Program-made: the position numbers and the translations under genes | Notes under the pieces: model-generated | Database searches by the model: none | The model's input: the letters and a program-made list of their open reading frames with translations, nothing else | Told to the model about the DNA's origin: nothing | NCBI RefSeq assembly: GCF_006345805.1 | Contig: NC_042998.1 | Span: 81,406,001-81,470,000, forward strand | Length of the DNA: 64,000 bases | Direction: 5' to 3' | From: Octopus sinensis | Taxonomy: Eukaryota | Shown here: piece by piece, positions 13,765 through 28,075 of the stretch | How the letters are laid out: every line of letters starts with the position of its first letter | Position numbering within the stretch: position 1 is the first letter of the stretch

Positions 13765-14189
13765 CAAACACACAAATATATGAAATATGTGTGTATGAGA
13801 AAGAAAGAGAGAGACAGACAGATAGAAACAGTAGATATATTAAGAGTCATTTCGTAAGGTAGTCACAAAGACATAGTATCGCTCACTACATTCATCCAAC
13901 TGTCTCATTCCCTTGTATTTGAAACAAACCTCTCCAAGAGTTGAACCAAACTGATGTTTGATGTTATGTCAGTATGACATTCTCACGAATCTTGTTGAAT
14001 CTGATTGCAATACGTTATACTACATTAAAGTTTAACAACTTGTTTTGTGGTCTTTCTTTTATTGTATTACAGTCGCATATATGTTACATATGTATTATTC
14101 AGTTATTTACCCAGGAATTTTGTGTTTTAATTACGTTCATACGATTGGAGAAAAAAATTATGAATTTAAAATGGGAACCATAAACGAGT

Positions 14190-14358
14190 GAGAGTTTTGG
14201 AGAATGCGAAATGAGAGAATATGGAAGGTAAGAGAGGAAATTGGAGAAATGAATAAAGTGTAGGAATAGTTAGGGAATGAGTGTACTATGAATAAATGGA
14301 AAGGGATACAGAGAGGCAAAAGGAGAATAAAAGTGAAAAAACTGTGAGAGAATTAATG

Positions 14359-14430
<72 letters not shown>

Positions 14431-14720
14431 GGTGGCAAGGAGAATACGATTAAGAAAGAAAGGTGGAAGAGAAGAAATAAGAATGATAAAAGGTCAGAGA
14501 AAAATGAATGTATAAGAGAAGATAGAATAATATTATAGAAAGGGGAAGAGAGAGCGAGAGGGGTAGAAGAGAAAGGGAGGAAGACAGCGCAAGAAGAGAG
14601 AGAAAGAAGAAAGAGAGAGGTGTAACAGAGAGAGGGAAGCTGTAGAGAGGAAACATTCTGCGAAATTGAGCGGGAATATATTGGGGAGGAGACAGACGAA
14701 AAGAGCGCGTGATAAGCAAT
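14190..14720. repeat. Purine-rich low-complexity tract including (GA)n at 14363-14428
   Basis: Direct reading of the sequence. Confidence 0.9.
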
Positions 14721-14969
14721 AGTATTTAATAAACATCAAGGTGAGAGCATATATAAATACATTTTCATGTAACAAAGATCGAAGATAGTGGTTGAAATAT
14801 ATAAATATAAAATATTGTTTTTTTTTTCAAGAGAATGCTGCTAAGACAGCAATGACCCGAGTAAAAATTCTGTTTCGTTTCCTGGCTCCGACCACTTTGC
14901 TTCCTTTGCGTTTGAGAATATTATAAACATACCCAGAAGCTTGTTGTTATCATTATTAATGTAATGTTT

Positions 14970-15100
14970 CCACCGATGTCAACTTTGCCTTTCATTCTTT
15001 CGAGGTCGATAAACTAAGTAACAGTTGCGTACTGGGGTCGATATAATCAACTACACCCTCTCCCAAAATTTCGGGCCTTATGCCTAGAGTAGGAAAGAAT
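14970..15100 (+). mobile_element. SINE family A, 5'-truncated
   Basis: ctttgcctt(t)cattctttcg..gtcgataaa..ctggggtcgat core. Confidence 0.8.
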
Positions 15101-15151
15101 ATATAAATATAAGATATTGGTAAAGTGTAAAGGATTATTAATGCAACATAA

Positions 15152-15383
15152 GGCGGCGAGCTGGCAGAAACGTTAGCACGCCGGGCGAAATGCGTAGCCT
15201 TATTTCGTCTGCCGTTACGTTCTGAGTTCAAATTCCGCCGAGAGCGACTTTGCCTTTCATTCTTTCGGACACGATAAATTAAATACCAGTTACGCACTGG
15301 GGTCGATGTAATCGACTTGATCCGTTTGTCTGTCCTTGTTTGTCCCCTCTGTGTTTAGCCCCTTCTGGGTAGTAAAGAAATAG
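15152..15383 (+). mobile_element. tRNA-derived SINE family A, full length
   Basis: ggcggcgagctggcagaaacgttagc A-box region, gagttcaaattccgcc B-box, conserved body and 3' end gtagtaaagaaata. Confidence 0.9.
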
Positions 15384-15548
15384 GAATTTCGCTCGTCGCT
15401 ACGTTCTGAGTTCGAATTCCGCCGAGATCGACTCTGTCTTTCATCCTTTCGGGGTCGATAAAATAAGTATTAGTTTAAAACTGGGGTCGATGTAATTGAC
15501 TCATCCCCACCTCCTCTAACCCACTCTTGTGTTAAAAAATTTGAAATA
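15384..15548 (+). mobile_element. SINE family A, 5'-truncated, tandem to the previous copy
   Basis: gttctgagttcgaattccgccgag...ggggtcgataaa...ctggggtcgatgtaat. Confidence 0.8.
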
Positions 15549-17182
15549 ATTATTAATGTAATATGCTAAGTTTTGTAACTATTCTGTGATTTACGAAGGG
15601 CAACATTCAGTTATAGAAAGGGCAATTGGAATAAGCGCTCACATCTCTCGAAATCTCTTTTATCTCACTAATACTCCTGACCGCCTAACCTCCAAACGAC
15701 TTTTTTTTTCTGTTTTGAAGTATAATACCTTTATGACTGATCAAAAAGAATCCTTCATTCATTGCTTGATATGTTAAAACAAGTGTCTGTGTAAGTAATC
15801 ATGCAATTTCTGGTTTTTAGTAGATTTGAAGCAATATTCTGGTTTCATATCCTAATTACGTGGCTTTTAAGTGGATTTGTCTTGCGGATGACATTGTAAA
15901 TTACATGCACTTCAAAGAACTGGCTTAAAATGATTTTATATTTCCTATTCATCTTCGAATTAATTCGAATACCTAGAGCCTATGCAAGCAGTAAACTCTC
16001 AGTAAAATAAAAGAAAAAAACAAAAAAACGATTAGCGATAGTAGGATACCTAAAAAGAAACAAGTTATAATGACATTTAGTATGGCTTTCTCTCCAACTC
16101 TCTCATTCATTATCTATTCAACTTTATCCTACTCCCAATGTCAGTCATCCTCCCTCTTCTAATGTATTTCACCTGCTTTATCTCCCCTCTCCCTCTCTCT
16201 CTCCCACACTATTTTCCCCTTTAATGCGCACTCCTCTCTCTCCCCCTTCTCTGCCTGTATTCTTCCATACATATTTTAACAAATTTTCATCAGATTGACT
16301 CGATATCAAACTCGCGGGAAAATACAGCAGTATCTATCCGTCTACCTATTACTACATAATACATACATACATATGAATATGCATATCTATATATTTTAGG
16401 TAGATGAATATACAAATACATGTGCATACATATGTATGTATGATTATAGTGACACACACACACACGCACGTAAACACACACACATAAACATATGCATGTG
16501 TGTGTTTAATTACGCAGAATGAGGTTGGGTTGTTAACAGTATCAGAGAAAAGGCTTTGTTCCGATTCATTGCACGCTGACTTCCCTCACCTCTAGGAAAA
16601 CATTGACATACACCCTTTCGGTACCAATAAATAAAGTAATAACCTCTGGTTGCATTGGCTGAATTGTGGAATCTGCTCCGTATCTGAGGATTCTGAGTTC
16701 AAATGGGGCTTCACATCGCCGTAGAAAGATAAATAACTATGACACTTCTGTCAAAAATTGGCCCCGAAAGATAGTATAACAGATGGAATTTTCAGTGTCA
16801 GAATGTTTTTTTTTTTTGCTCACTCGGGAAATTGATTGACATCCCCAACATCCTCACTACCATTATGTATCCCTCAAAATGAATATCTGCAGATTGAATG
16901 AATAAGCGGCTGTTTATATGCGTGTATACGTATAGGTATGTATACGTTTGTAACAATATTCTTTCACATTAATGCGTGTAAAATCGGCAGCCATTTGAAG
17001 GGGGAAAATATAATTGCGTTTAAAACAAGAATGATTTTTCAAAACAGTCATTAATAATAAAACATCAAGCAGACATTTTGGTATAAGGCTACGAATATTT
17101 CGATAATTGCGCTTCATTTGAGCCGGAAAGGATACATAGTTATTTTATCGGATTAAGTTTCAAGCTGCTACATGATCTAAAC

Positions 17183-17475
17183 CAGTAGTTCCCAAATTAT
17201 TTTTGTGGATTGGGGTTGCCACTGCCTTGGCACTTATGTCACATCGCTAGCGAACCCCAACACTCACTATCACTAATAAAGGCACCATTCTGTAGCAAAT
17301 TTAAAGCAACTTATTTTCACAATAAATAAATTAACCTATTATTACCCCATTCGTTTGTTGTTTTACACCCATCGTCCCCTTTTGACCATATATTATCGCC
17401 ACACTTTTCTTCAACCCCCTCTGGATCTTTTCCCACCTCTCAGGAGGGTAGTACCGCCCAATTTTGGTACCACTG
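17183..17475. mobile_element. hAT-type MITE (293 bp)
   Basis: TIRs cagtagttcccaaatt / attttggtaccactg. 8-bp TSD atctaaac / aactaaac (7 of 8 match). Confidence 0.8.
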
Positions 17476-17891
17476 AACTAAACTGCCATAGCATATAAAT
17501 TAGCCACTTTCTATATATCCATATATCCTCCAGGACACGCACACACACATACATACACACATACATCTATAAATATATACGCAAACATATACATAAAATC
17601 ACTCTTTGTAGTTATTGAGTCAGTGGAGGGCCTAGAGTTTCGTACACTGGCTCTTATGAAACTGGTGTCAAATTATTTATATATACATGTCACGAAACCC
17701 TCGACGCTTCAGTCGGTGTAAATTTTGCTTATATCTATATATGGCAGAATTCCCCCGACGAATATACGTATGTAAGTTCAGTTTAGCTTTTTACTGAACG
17801 ACCAGCACAAATGATTTGTTTATGTGCTATTTGGATTTTTAGTTCTGTTTTTCTGTTTGTATCACCAAACCTCTGTATGTGTGTATGTGTG

Positions 17892-17930
<39 letters not shown>

Positions 17931-17989
17931 ATATATTCATACACTTCCGGTCATTTCAAAATGTAACCACATGTGAATCGTTGGCGATT

Positions 17990-18145
17990 TTTTTTCCTCC
18001 GTCCTCTTTTTCTATTAGACAACCCTATCTTCCTGAAGAAGGGGTTTGCGCGAAACGTTAAACCATCTTTTTTTCCTTCCCTGTGCGTCTGCTAATAGTT
18101 TACATGTACCACATCCTCGCGTTGTTGTTTTTTGTGTTTGTTCTT
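17990..18145 (+). mobile_element. Solo PLE pLTR remnant with degenerate hammerhead motif (18033-18060)
   Basis: ctgaaga-a-ggggtttgcgc-gaaacgtt. Related to 55880-55990. Confidence 0.5.
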
Positions 18146-18344
18146 CGTATTTTTTATTCACTATGTATGTGTGTGTGTGTGTGTGTGTGTGTCCACACAC
18201 ATACACACATACATAGGCGAGGTAGAGAGGATATGTATGTGTGTGATAGAGAGATATTTAGACAGAGACACCCCCCACACATATATATATATTATATATA
18301 TATGTATGTATATATATATCTATATATATATATATATTATATAT

Positions 18345-18387
<43 letters not shown>

Positions 18388-18806
18388 ATGTATATATATA
18401 TATAGGATTGAAATGTGGGAAAAGTGATGCTGTTTTCATATTTTCTTCCTTTTGCATATCAAATATTGACTTTTCGGTTTGATATCTCGCTCCACTTGTT
18501 TTCCTTCTCTTTATTACTGATTTCCTCTCATTCTACTATCCCCTCCCACACACACTCACACAAACATATATGCTTTCGTGTCATAGCTAGTTCATTACGC
18601 AAAGTTCTCGATTTGTTATATAATGTAACAGAAATATATTGAGTTTAAACGCTTTTAATATAATGTCTTTCCTTGTGTGTTAATATAATGGAACATGCAG
18701 GTGCTGATATATAAACATTGATGGCTTGTATCGTATTGCATGACATGACATAACATGATACTGACATTATATTCGACCAAGCAATTTCCGATATGACACA
18801 CACATC

Positions 18807-18851
<45 letters not shown>

Positions 18852-18948
18852 TATATATATACTCATATCTGGGTGGGCGTATTTGTATGTATGTAGGTAT
18901 GTTTGCATATGTCTATGACTATGTATATATATGTATATATATATATAA

Positions 18949-18991
<43 letters not shown>

Positions 18992-19041
18992 TATACATGC
19001 ATACATACATACATACATACATACATACATACACACACACA

Positions 19042-19117
<76 letters not shown>

Positions 19118-19595
19118 AAGAGAAAGAATCTATTAATGAATTACGTCCAGTTTGCAGTTGACATTTAGTCAATCGTAGATCTGTTTCCTCGACAAAATAT
19201 GCTGATCAATTAACCTTATTCTTTCAATGAATGTTTTATTCGATTCTATATCTCTCTCTAGATTATCTCAATTGCATTCAAAAAATATTTCCATATGCTT
19301 CAATGTATAACAACAAGCAATCATGTTGAATCGGTTCAAGATTATAAAGTGCTAAAATCTCTTACTGGATTGCTTCTGTCAATGAATTTTGCATAACTTC
19401 ATCATCACGGATTTTTAAAAATCTCCTTATCAAATAATACTTCATTTCATTATTTTGCTTTATTCGTATCTGTTGGTATCATAACATGATTCCCTTACTG
19501 ATACGTGAGTTTATTTCAGTGTTGGATTAAACCGCATTAGGTAAAACTTCAAATCCCAGTCAATATTCCTACAATGTATGTGTTTGTATACGCTA

Positions 19596-19649
<54 letters not shown>

Positions 19650-20835
19650 GTCTGTGTGTGTGTGTGTGTGTGTCTGTGTGTGTGTCTGTGTGTGTGTGTG
19701 TCTCTGTGTGTGTGTCTGTGTGTGTGCTTATATATACCCACATATATACTGAAAACCCATGCACACGCATATATACGAACATGCAGTTATGAATACCCAT
19801 ATATGATTCACCGCCGTGAATATGGATTAAACATGGATTCATTAACAGGATTCTACGCTAAACAAGGAACAACAGGGAACCCCGCCCTCTCCCCGATGAC
19901 CAACTCAAAATTACAGACGGAAATGGGATCAGCACCAAGTTCTAAACGAAAGTTGGCTGTGGATATTAAAGCAACCCTCCTTATCAGTTCGAAGGCCAGT
20001 TAGATAAAATTCAAACGAATCCATATCCAGTACAGTTGCATTTATATAGCAAATTCAAACTACACACGTTCAAAAGCTGCAGAGGGTCTACAGATACTCA
20101 GCATCAGTAACCCTCACGTTCAGGGTCGCAGGTCCAAGAAACGTAGCAACGCTTCCAACACTTGTTTTCTAAGTTTATCACACTTCAGCAACAGAAAATA
20201 TCTGTTTCCGCAAGGACATATGTTGAGAAATGCTAAGTATAGAGCTCGTTTTCTTACGATCTTCCCAGCGAGATTGTTTATCGGGAAAAAGGCTCTCAAA
20301 CGAAAGAAATCTAAGCATGCTGACCACCTGCTCTCAAGCAAGACGAATATCCAGTCAATTAGCAGTCAATTTTAAATGGGCACCACCATTCAGATATCAC
20401 GAGAACAAAACATCGTCATGCACGAATCATCAAATTTAGGAATATCAGTAGAAATTTGGGTGCTGCCACTAAAGACATAGACTGTAGTAGCGATAATAAA
20501 AAAAACATTTTTCTCAACAAATATATGCAGGTTAATATATAATTTTATTTCAAATAAATATGGCATTTTAATATTAATAAATAATACATAAAATTGAATG
20601 AGGGCTAAGAGGTATCATAAATAGCTACTTATTATCGTTACTATGATAATAAGACTTAACCCAATTTTTCTCCGAAATTCTTCATGGCGCACAAGTACGA
20701 TGTTGGTAGTAACACAAGGCATCAGGCGCAAAACCTCTACGTACGTTGCAATTCGATATTAGATGCAAGGAGCCAACGCACCAAAATAAGGAACACTCTT
20801 ATACACACACATACGCACTCACGCACATGCACACA

Positions 20836-20861
20836 CGTATGTATGTATGTATGTATGTATG

Positions 20862-20922
<61 letters not shown>
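20836..20922. repeat. (TATG)n microsatellite
   Basis: Direct reading of the sequence. Confidence 0.97.
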
Positions 20923-20924
<2 letters not shown>

Positions 20925-21513
20925 TGTTTCAAAGACGTTTTCAACAAGAAATATCAAGATTAATTAAATATATCAAACATAACATGTCTATATATTTGTT
21001 ATCGTTCTTTTTTTGTTATTTTGACTAATTTTCTACATTGCTATCGGTATATATAAAAGGTTGGATGTGTGTGTGTGTGTGAGTGTGTGTGTGTATTTGT
21101 GTGGTGTGTGTGTGTGTGTGTGCGTGTGTGTGTAAGTGAATGTAATTTATGCACGTCCACTAATTTTTACGCATGTCGCTCCAATTTTAGGACTTTCATC
21201 CTGACCCTGGCTGTATTTTCATCAACTTATTTTCCCCACAGGCACCAGCGAATAGCAGTAAAAATAAATTTTCACCCAAAACTTTTAACAATTTTCAAGT
21301 CGGAGAAATCACCATTGTTTGCAAACAGGAGTTAAGCTCCCTTCTAGCGACGAGTAAGTTTTTGTTAAGACTTTTGTTGCTTTTTTCTATCGAGGAAAAA
21401 GTGTTTTGTTGATATACGGGAAAAACACACACACACGAACATGTATGCGTTAAAAAAAAACATGTATGCAATAGATGTATGTACGTAGGTGTGCATGTGT
21501 GTTTGTGTGTTTC

Positions 21514-21569
<56 letters not shown>

Positions 21570-21680
21570 GGATTTCGTCCAAATTTGACGTCGATGTTAC
21601 TTAGTTTGGTTTGAAATAAAGAACTTGATTAGCTTAATGTTCTTAACTTAATCTCGGGCAAAGCCGGGTTATACTGCTAG
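21570..21680 (+). mobile_element. Probable Helitron 3' end
   Basis: cgggcaaagccggg hairpin followed by ttatactg-CTAG, the typical Helitron 3' terminus. 5' end not located. Confidence 0.45.
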
Positions 21681-21960
21681 ACTCATATATAATACCGAAT
21701 TTCAGTTTATTTCTCAGTTTCAAACATCAACGTATTTATTCTCTTCTTTTATGCGTGATGCAAGTAAGGAAATGTGAGCCCAGAAGCCCGTGCTATCCAG
21801 TTACTGCATAAATCATACTCGCATCACATAAGAATACGACACAATTATTTCACCTCAGTTGACCCCGCACTCTTTGACATTACACAAAAACACATTAAAG
21901 CAGGGACTAACCTCAAAAGTTCAAGAAGTCCTTGGACAAATTCGTGCAAAAGATCCCGGC

Positions 21961-22237
21961 ATTAGACGATGTATGAGGATTTGATAATTTCTTACCGAAC
22001 AACCAGACAGTTGATTTGTTTATAGTGATTAAATGCCTGTGTATACATAAGCTCCCTCCCTCCATCAAATCGACATTACCTCTATTGTTGCAATGGGTGC
22101 CACATGTCAGACGATGAAATGATCGCAGGGCAACGTGAAATAAAGCGCTTTGCTCAAGAACACAACACAACGCCCGGTCTGGGAACCGAACACATGATCT
22201 TGCAATCATGAGTGCAACACCTTAATCACTGAGCTAT
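21961..22237 (-). mobile_element. SINE family D
   Basis: Reverse complement aligns by eye with 1389-1680. Confidence 0.75.
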
Positions 22238-22477
22238 ATGACTTCAAGGAGGAGGAAGCACAGATTTTACATAGTTTTGATATATTTTAAATGAAAGAGT
22301 ATTGTGGTTGTCGACCGGTTTCACTTTCGCTAATCATGACATTGAAATTATTGTAATTTCGTATTTCCTTAAGAAAGTTTTTGTCCTTGTTCTTGTATGA
22401 AAGTTTGCGAATAAATCAAGCAGAAAACTCTTATATACATACATACATACATACATACACAAACACACACACGCACA

Positions 22478-22554
<77 letters not shown>

Positions 22555-22659
22555 ATTTATATTTTTGACTAAGGTCATACTGGTATCGCACCTTCATACA
22601 TTTTTAGTGGAATGAATGATGAATCCTCACTATTATTTCATTTCAAGCTTGGTAGTTAT

Positions 22660-22890
22660 TCTAACGGACTTTAGCCGAACCGCTAGTTTACAGGGATGTG
22701 AACAAACTAACAACAGTTGTTAAGCGGAATTAAAAGACAAACAAGAAAAAACGCACTCACGCACACAGACACATACAGACATAGATACATACAAACAAAC
22801 ACATATATACAAAACTCTTTCAGTTTCAGTCTACCAAATCCACTCACAAAGGTTTGGTCGACCCGCGGCTATAGAAGAAGGTACTTGTCC
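22660..22890 (-). mobile_element. SINE family B, partial
   Basis: ttcagtttc.gtctaccaaatccactcacaaagg...gctatagaagaag..acttg. Confidence 0.75.
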
Positions 22891-22894
22891 TAGA

Positions 22895-23180
22895 TAGGAT
22901 AGTTTTCTTTTGCTGGGCTCTAATCTCTTTGGCGAATCCATAGAAAACGAACCTACATCAACTATTCTGCCTATATGTCAGTGCACTCCTTTCAACGCAA
23001 TGTATGCCAGAACATCTGAAAATCTCACGGAGGCCTAAAAAGACAGTTTATGATCCACAGTGCTCAGAACTTAACTGCAGCTCTTGGTGGTCCAAATCGG
23101 ATATGCAATCTATGTGGGTATCCTCTCAAAAATTGTCTAGTTTAAAAAGCCACATCAGATGCCATAATGATTCTAAGTTG
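22895..23180 (+). mobile_element. Degenerate RTE-like LINE 3' end
   Basis: Frame reads ...RICNLCGYPLKNCLVLKSHIRCHNDSKL*, resembling the C2H2-like C-terminus of RTE ORFs. Confidence 0.45.
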
Positions 23181-24060
23181 TAGGTATATGAAGTGATCAA
23201 ACTCTGCATAAGGAGTAGACAACTACCATGATGTTATTTTAGAAAACTATCATTACCAAATATAAGACAAAATACATTGTCCCAAATCTAGTAAATTACG
23301 ACTATAATTCAATCTAATTCAGTAACTCGTGACGTTTCTGCGGCTGACGGTATGAAAGACAGGGTGGTTGAGCAGCCACCCTGGAAACCCTGAATCGAGG
23401 AGCTGAATGAGAAAATTGTGTTTAGCGGTGACATAAGTACTGTAGAGCAAAGGAGTAAAAGAGGGAAAGCGAGATGTATATTAAAAAATATCAACGGAAC
23501 TCAACTGACCTAGGTCGCTTGTCGGTTTATATTAAAAATACAATAATTCTTATATCACCCTTCAGTAAAATATATTATACATATACATTCAAACATATTA
23601 GAAATGTATTATAGTAATATATTCTTGACATATATGTATTTATTTAGCATACATAAAATAGAGTATCTTTATATGTTATGTATTATGTTTGTAGACTTTC
23701 GCCTTTATAGAATAAGTGAACAGAACTCTATACCTAGCGAAGTGTAAATATATGGTATACACCAGTTTGAGCTACTTAAAGTATAAATCTTCACTCGAAG
23801 TTTCATGCAGAGGTAGCTTTATTCAGAGTAGGCTTTTGCTGGTAGATTTCGTGGTGAGCTCGGACGCACAGAGACATAACATTTTAAATCAACGATATAA
23901 TTTCATTCTCTCGCAAGCTTCCCATTTCTCTGTTCGTGCAAATACACGCACACGTACACAAACACGCACACACACACACACACACACGCACATACACACA
24001 CATACAGAACAGTTGAAAATCGTTTGTGCCTTATTATCGGACAAATGAACAACTGACTGA

Positions 24061-24091
<31 letters not shown>

Positions 24092-24122
24092 CAGTGTATG
24101 TGCGTGTATGTTCTGTAAAAGG

Positions 24123-24153
<31 letters not shown>

Positions 24154-24549
24154 GAGTGTGTGTGTGTATATATATATATATGAGTGTGTGTGTGTGTATA
24201 TACATTATAATATATATATATATTATATATATATATATATATTATATATGAGTGTGTGTGTGGTGTGTATATATATATTATATATTTGTATCGAATTTTG
24301 AGCCATTGCCGGTTGATTTCAAAACACCAAATGGGTGATAATGTATATTAACCCATTTTAGAATCAAAATAATTTTTATCACCAATTTTAATTATATCGA
24401 CTTCTGTGATTCTGTACTATTCAACTGAAGTCGGCCTGGTGACTAGTTAAAAAAAAATCTCTCGTCACATGATAACTATTTCTCCAGGACAAGTTAACCT
24501 TCATACTTATACATGTCTATCAAAAACATAGCGTCGCAGCGATCGGTGA

Positions 24550-24550
<1 letters not shown>

Positions 24551-24637
<87 letters not shown>

Positions 24638-24672
24638 GTCTATCTATCTATTTATCTATGAATCTATCTATC
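24551..24672. repeat. (TATC)n microsatellite
   Basis: Direct reading of the sequence. Confidence 0.97.
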
Positions 24673-25197
24673 TATATAGTTGTCTTTGCCTGTAAGTTTG
24701 TCTATTTTTTCTCTCATTTCACTTTCGTGTGTGTGAGTAGTATTGAGTGTGTGCGCGCATGAGAGTGTATGTGCACGCGTGCGTGGTTGTGTAATCTGAA
24801 ATATATATATATATATATATTATATATATCTATATATATATATATTATCTAATAATATATAATATATATATAAACACATATATATTTATATATGTATATG
24901 CATGCGTATGTGTATCATGTTGTAATATTCACACACACACACGAACGCACACACAAATATACACACACACACACATGTAAAGCCAGAAAGAAAGACGAAC
25001 AAGGGAAGAAAAAAAGAAGACAGAAGTAAATCAGGTAAATGAAGCTGGCAGGTATGCTGGTAGGTATATAAATAGGTGAATAGATGTGTGGATCGATCGA
25101 AAATATAAAAATAGAAGACACACTAGCTATGCATACTAACACACATACGCATACACCCGCAAACACATACACACACATATATATAACATTATATATA

Positions 25198-25240
<43 letters not shown>

Positions 25241-25306
25241 TACGTATATAATATATATATATATATAAATATATACATATATTATATATGTATATATATA
25301 TATATG

Positions 25307-25350
<44 letters not shown>

Positions 25351-25554
25351 TATTATATATATATAATATATTTATAATGCATGTATCAATATAGCTGAAT
25401 GGAAAGGCAGACAAATATAGAGAGGTAGGAGAATAAATAGAGAAACTAGAAATGCTGTAAATAAATGAGAGAGGATATATATTAAGTTGACAGATACATA
25501 GAATGATGACAAGACCGGGGATGTACATTCGTATAAGAATAGACAAACGAAAGA

Positions 25555-26327
25555 ATTTCATCTTTCCCTCTTCTATCTCTCTCTCTCTCTCTCGCGCTTT
25601 TTTTTGTAGCTTTCTATATCTCTCTGTTTTTCTCTGTCGTTCTCTCTCTGTCTCGCTCCCTTTGACCCTCTCTCGTTTACTTTCTCGTTTTCTCTCTCTC
25701 TCTTTCGCTCTTTTTTTTTTTCAGCTTTCTATCTCTCTCTTTCTGCTTTTCTCTGTCTTTCTCGGTGTCTTTCTCTGTCTCTCTCTTCCCTTTGTCCCTC
25801 TCTCGTTTCCTTTCTCTCTCACTCAGTCAGTCACTCACTCACTCACTCTCCTTTTCTTTCTCTTTATAGCTTTCTATCTCTCTCTGTGTCTCGCCCTCTG
25901 TTTCGGTCTCTTTGTCGCTCTCTCGTTTTCTATTTTCTTTCTCTACCTCTATACATTTTTCTTTCCCTTTCTATGTGTGTTTCTTTCATTCTGTCTCTGT
26001 CTCGGCCTCTCTGTTCCCCTATTTGTTTGTTTCTTTCTCTCTCTGCTTTACTCTGTCTTTCTCTCTCACCCTGTGCTTTACTCTGTCTCTCTCTCTCTGT
26101 CTTTATAATTCTCTGTTCTCCCTGCACTTCCCTATCTCTATGTATTTCTGTTTCTCTTTCTCTCCCTCTCTCCTACTTTCATTTTTTCGTTTTCTCGCTT
26201 TTTTGCTCTGAATACCTTTCTTTGTCTCCTGTTTTTCTCTATCTTTCTGTCTCAGTCGCTGTGTGATTTTATTTCTCTGTTTCCGTCTCTCTTTCTCTCT
26301 CTATGGATGCTTTTGTCTGTGTATTGT

Positions 26328-26330
<3 letters not shown>
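25555..26330. repeat. CT-rich polypyrimidine low-complexity tract
   Basis: Almost exclusively C/T, degenerate (CT)n. Confidence 0.92.
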
Positions 26331-26372
<42 letters not shown>

Positions 26373-26699
26373 TGTGTTGTATGTCTGTGTGTATCTCTAT
26401 GATGTGACGTGCGTCTATATGCACGTCTTATCGTGCGAATATATGCGCACGCACAGGTAGCGCTTGTTTGCTTAAGATGATTTCCCAGAGTCACATGAAT
26501 AATGATATGCAGATTTTCCTAAGACTTGGTGTTACCATAATTACATGGTTGCATCCCCTACACATAAGTCCATGCCTTAATATAATCTGTATAATCTATA
26601 TTAAGGGTGTGTAAATTGGGGAAGGCCGTATTTCATTTTCGACTGCATATCATTATAATATTAATAGGAAAGACCCGACTACAGATAGACTAGCACAGG

Positions 26700-27735
26700 G
26701 ATTTGTAAAGATATAAGCAAGAGAGAGTGAGAGAGGTGGGAGAAAGGGAAAGATAGATGAAATTAAATAAATAAAGAAAGAAAGACGGTAAAAGAAAGAA
26801 AGAATAGGAGAGAAAAACATTATGATAGTGATAATTGTGGAGACGAAAGCGAGAATGATACTGTGCGGAAAACAAAATGCATGATGAGGTAATACAAACT
26901 TTAGAAGAGTCAGTGGAGTATAGATGAGACGTGATAGTATATGAAAAAGAGGGAGAGTGAAGAGAGAGGAGGAAAAAATAGAAAGACAAAGAAAATGATA
27001 AGGTGTATGAGATACAATTTGAAAGAAAAATCGAGGGGAAGGAACGGAAAGTTTAAGAGAATTGATGAGAGAGAAGGTGAGGGAAATTTATGAAACAGAG
27101 AGGAAGGGCGAAGCTTGGGAGAAAGGGGAAGAGAGAGAAAAAGAGAGATGAGGGAATAGAGAATAAATGAAATAGAGACAAAGGGCTACAAGAAAAATGG
27201 GGACTTTAGGAGAATTAACCAGATCAATAGAGAAATATTGTGAGAGAAATAACAAGAGACAAGTTGTATTCGGAAAACACGATGTTAGAGAATGAGAAAA
27301 AGTCATATGACTGAAAGAGAAAGTTTAAGGGATAAAGAATAGGTATAAGAAAAATAAACATATATATGTGAGAAACAGGTCATGTCAGAGAAAGAAAATA
27401 TTGTAAGAGGGAAAGAAACATGTATGTAAGTTAGAAAGAGAAAAGATGAAGGGATGTCAAATAAAAATGATGTTTGACGGATAGAAAATATGTCAGAGGA
27501 AAAGTTTTAAAAAGACTTAAGAGGAAAATGTAAGCGTAAGAAAGTAAAAGTGGTAAGGCAGACAAAGATGTCAGAGGATAAGATTGAAAATTTGAAACAT
27601 TTAAGAAAAATGGAATTATATGCAAACGTGAAGAAATAGATGTAAGACAGAAAGTGAAAAGAAACGTAGCAGAAAAAGATGAAAAAAGAGTTAAGACAGA
27701 CAGACAGATAGACAGTCACAGAGACAGACTATATA

Positions 27736-27774
<39 letters not shown>

Positions 27775-27781
27775 TAGAGAT

Positions 27782-27853
<72 letters not shown>

Positions 27854-27979
27854 GTAGATAGCTAGACAGACAGACATATAGATATAGATAGATAGATAGA
27901 TAAATACATAGACAGACAGACAAAAAGATAGAGATAGACAGTTAGACAGACAGTCATACATACAGACAGACAGACATAC

Positions 27980-28075
<96 letters not shown>

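Noticed and set aside
15152-15240. tRNA genes at SINE heads
   Set aside because: A and B boxes are present but there is no complete cloverleaf, and they continue into repeated SINE bodies.
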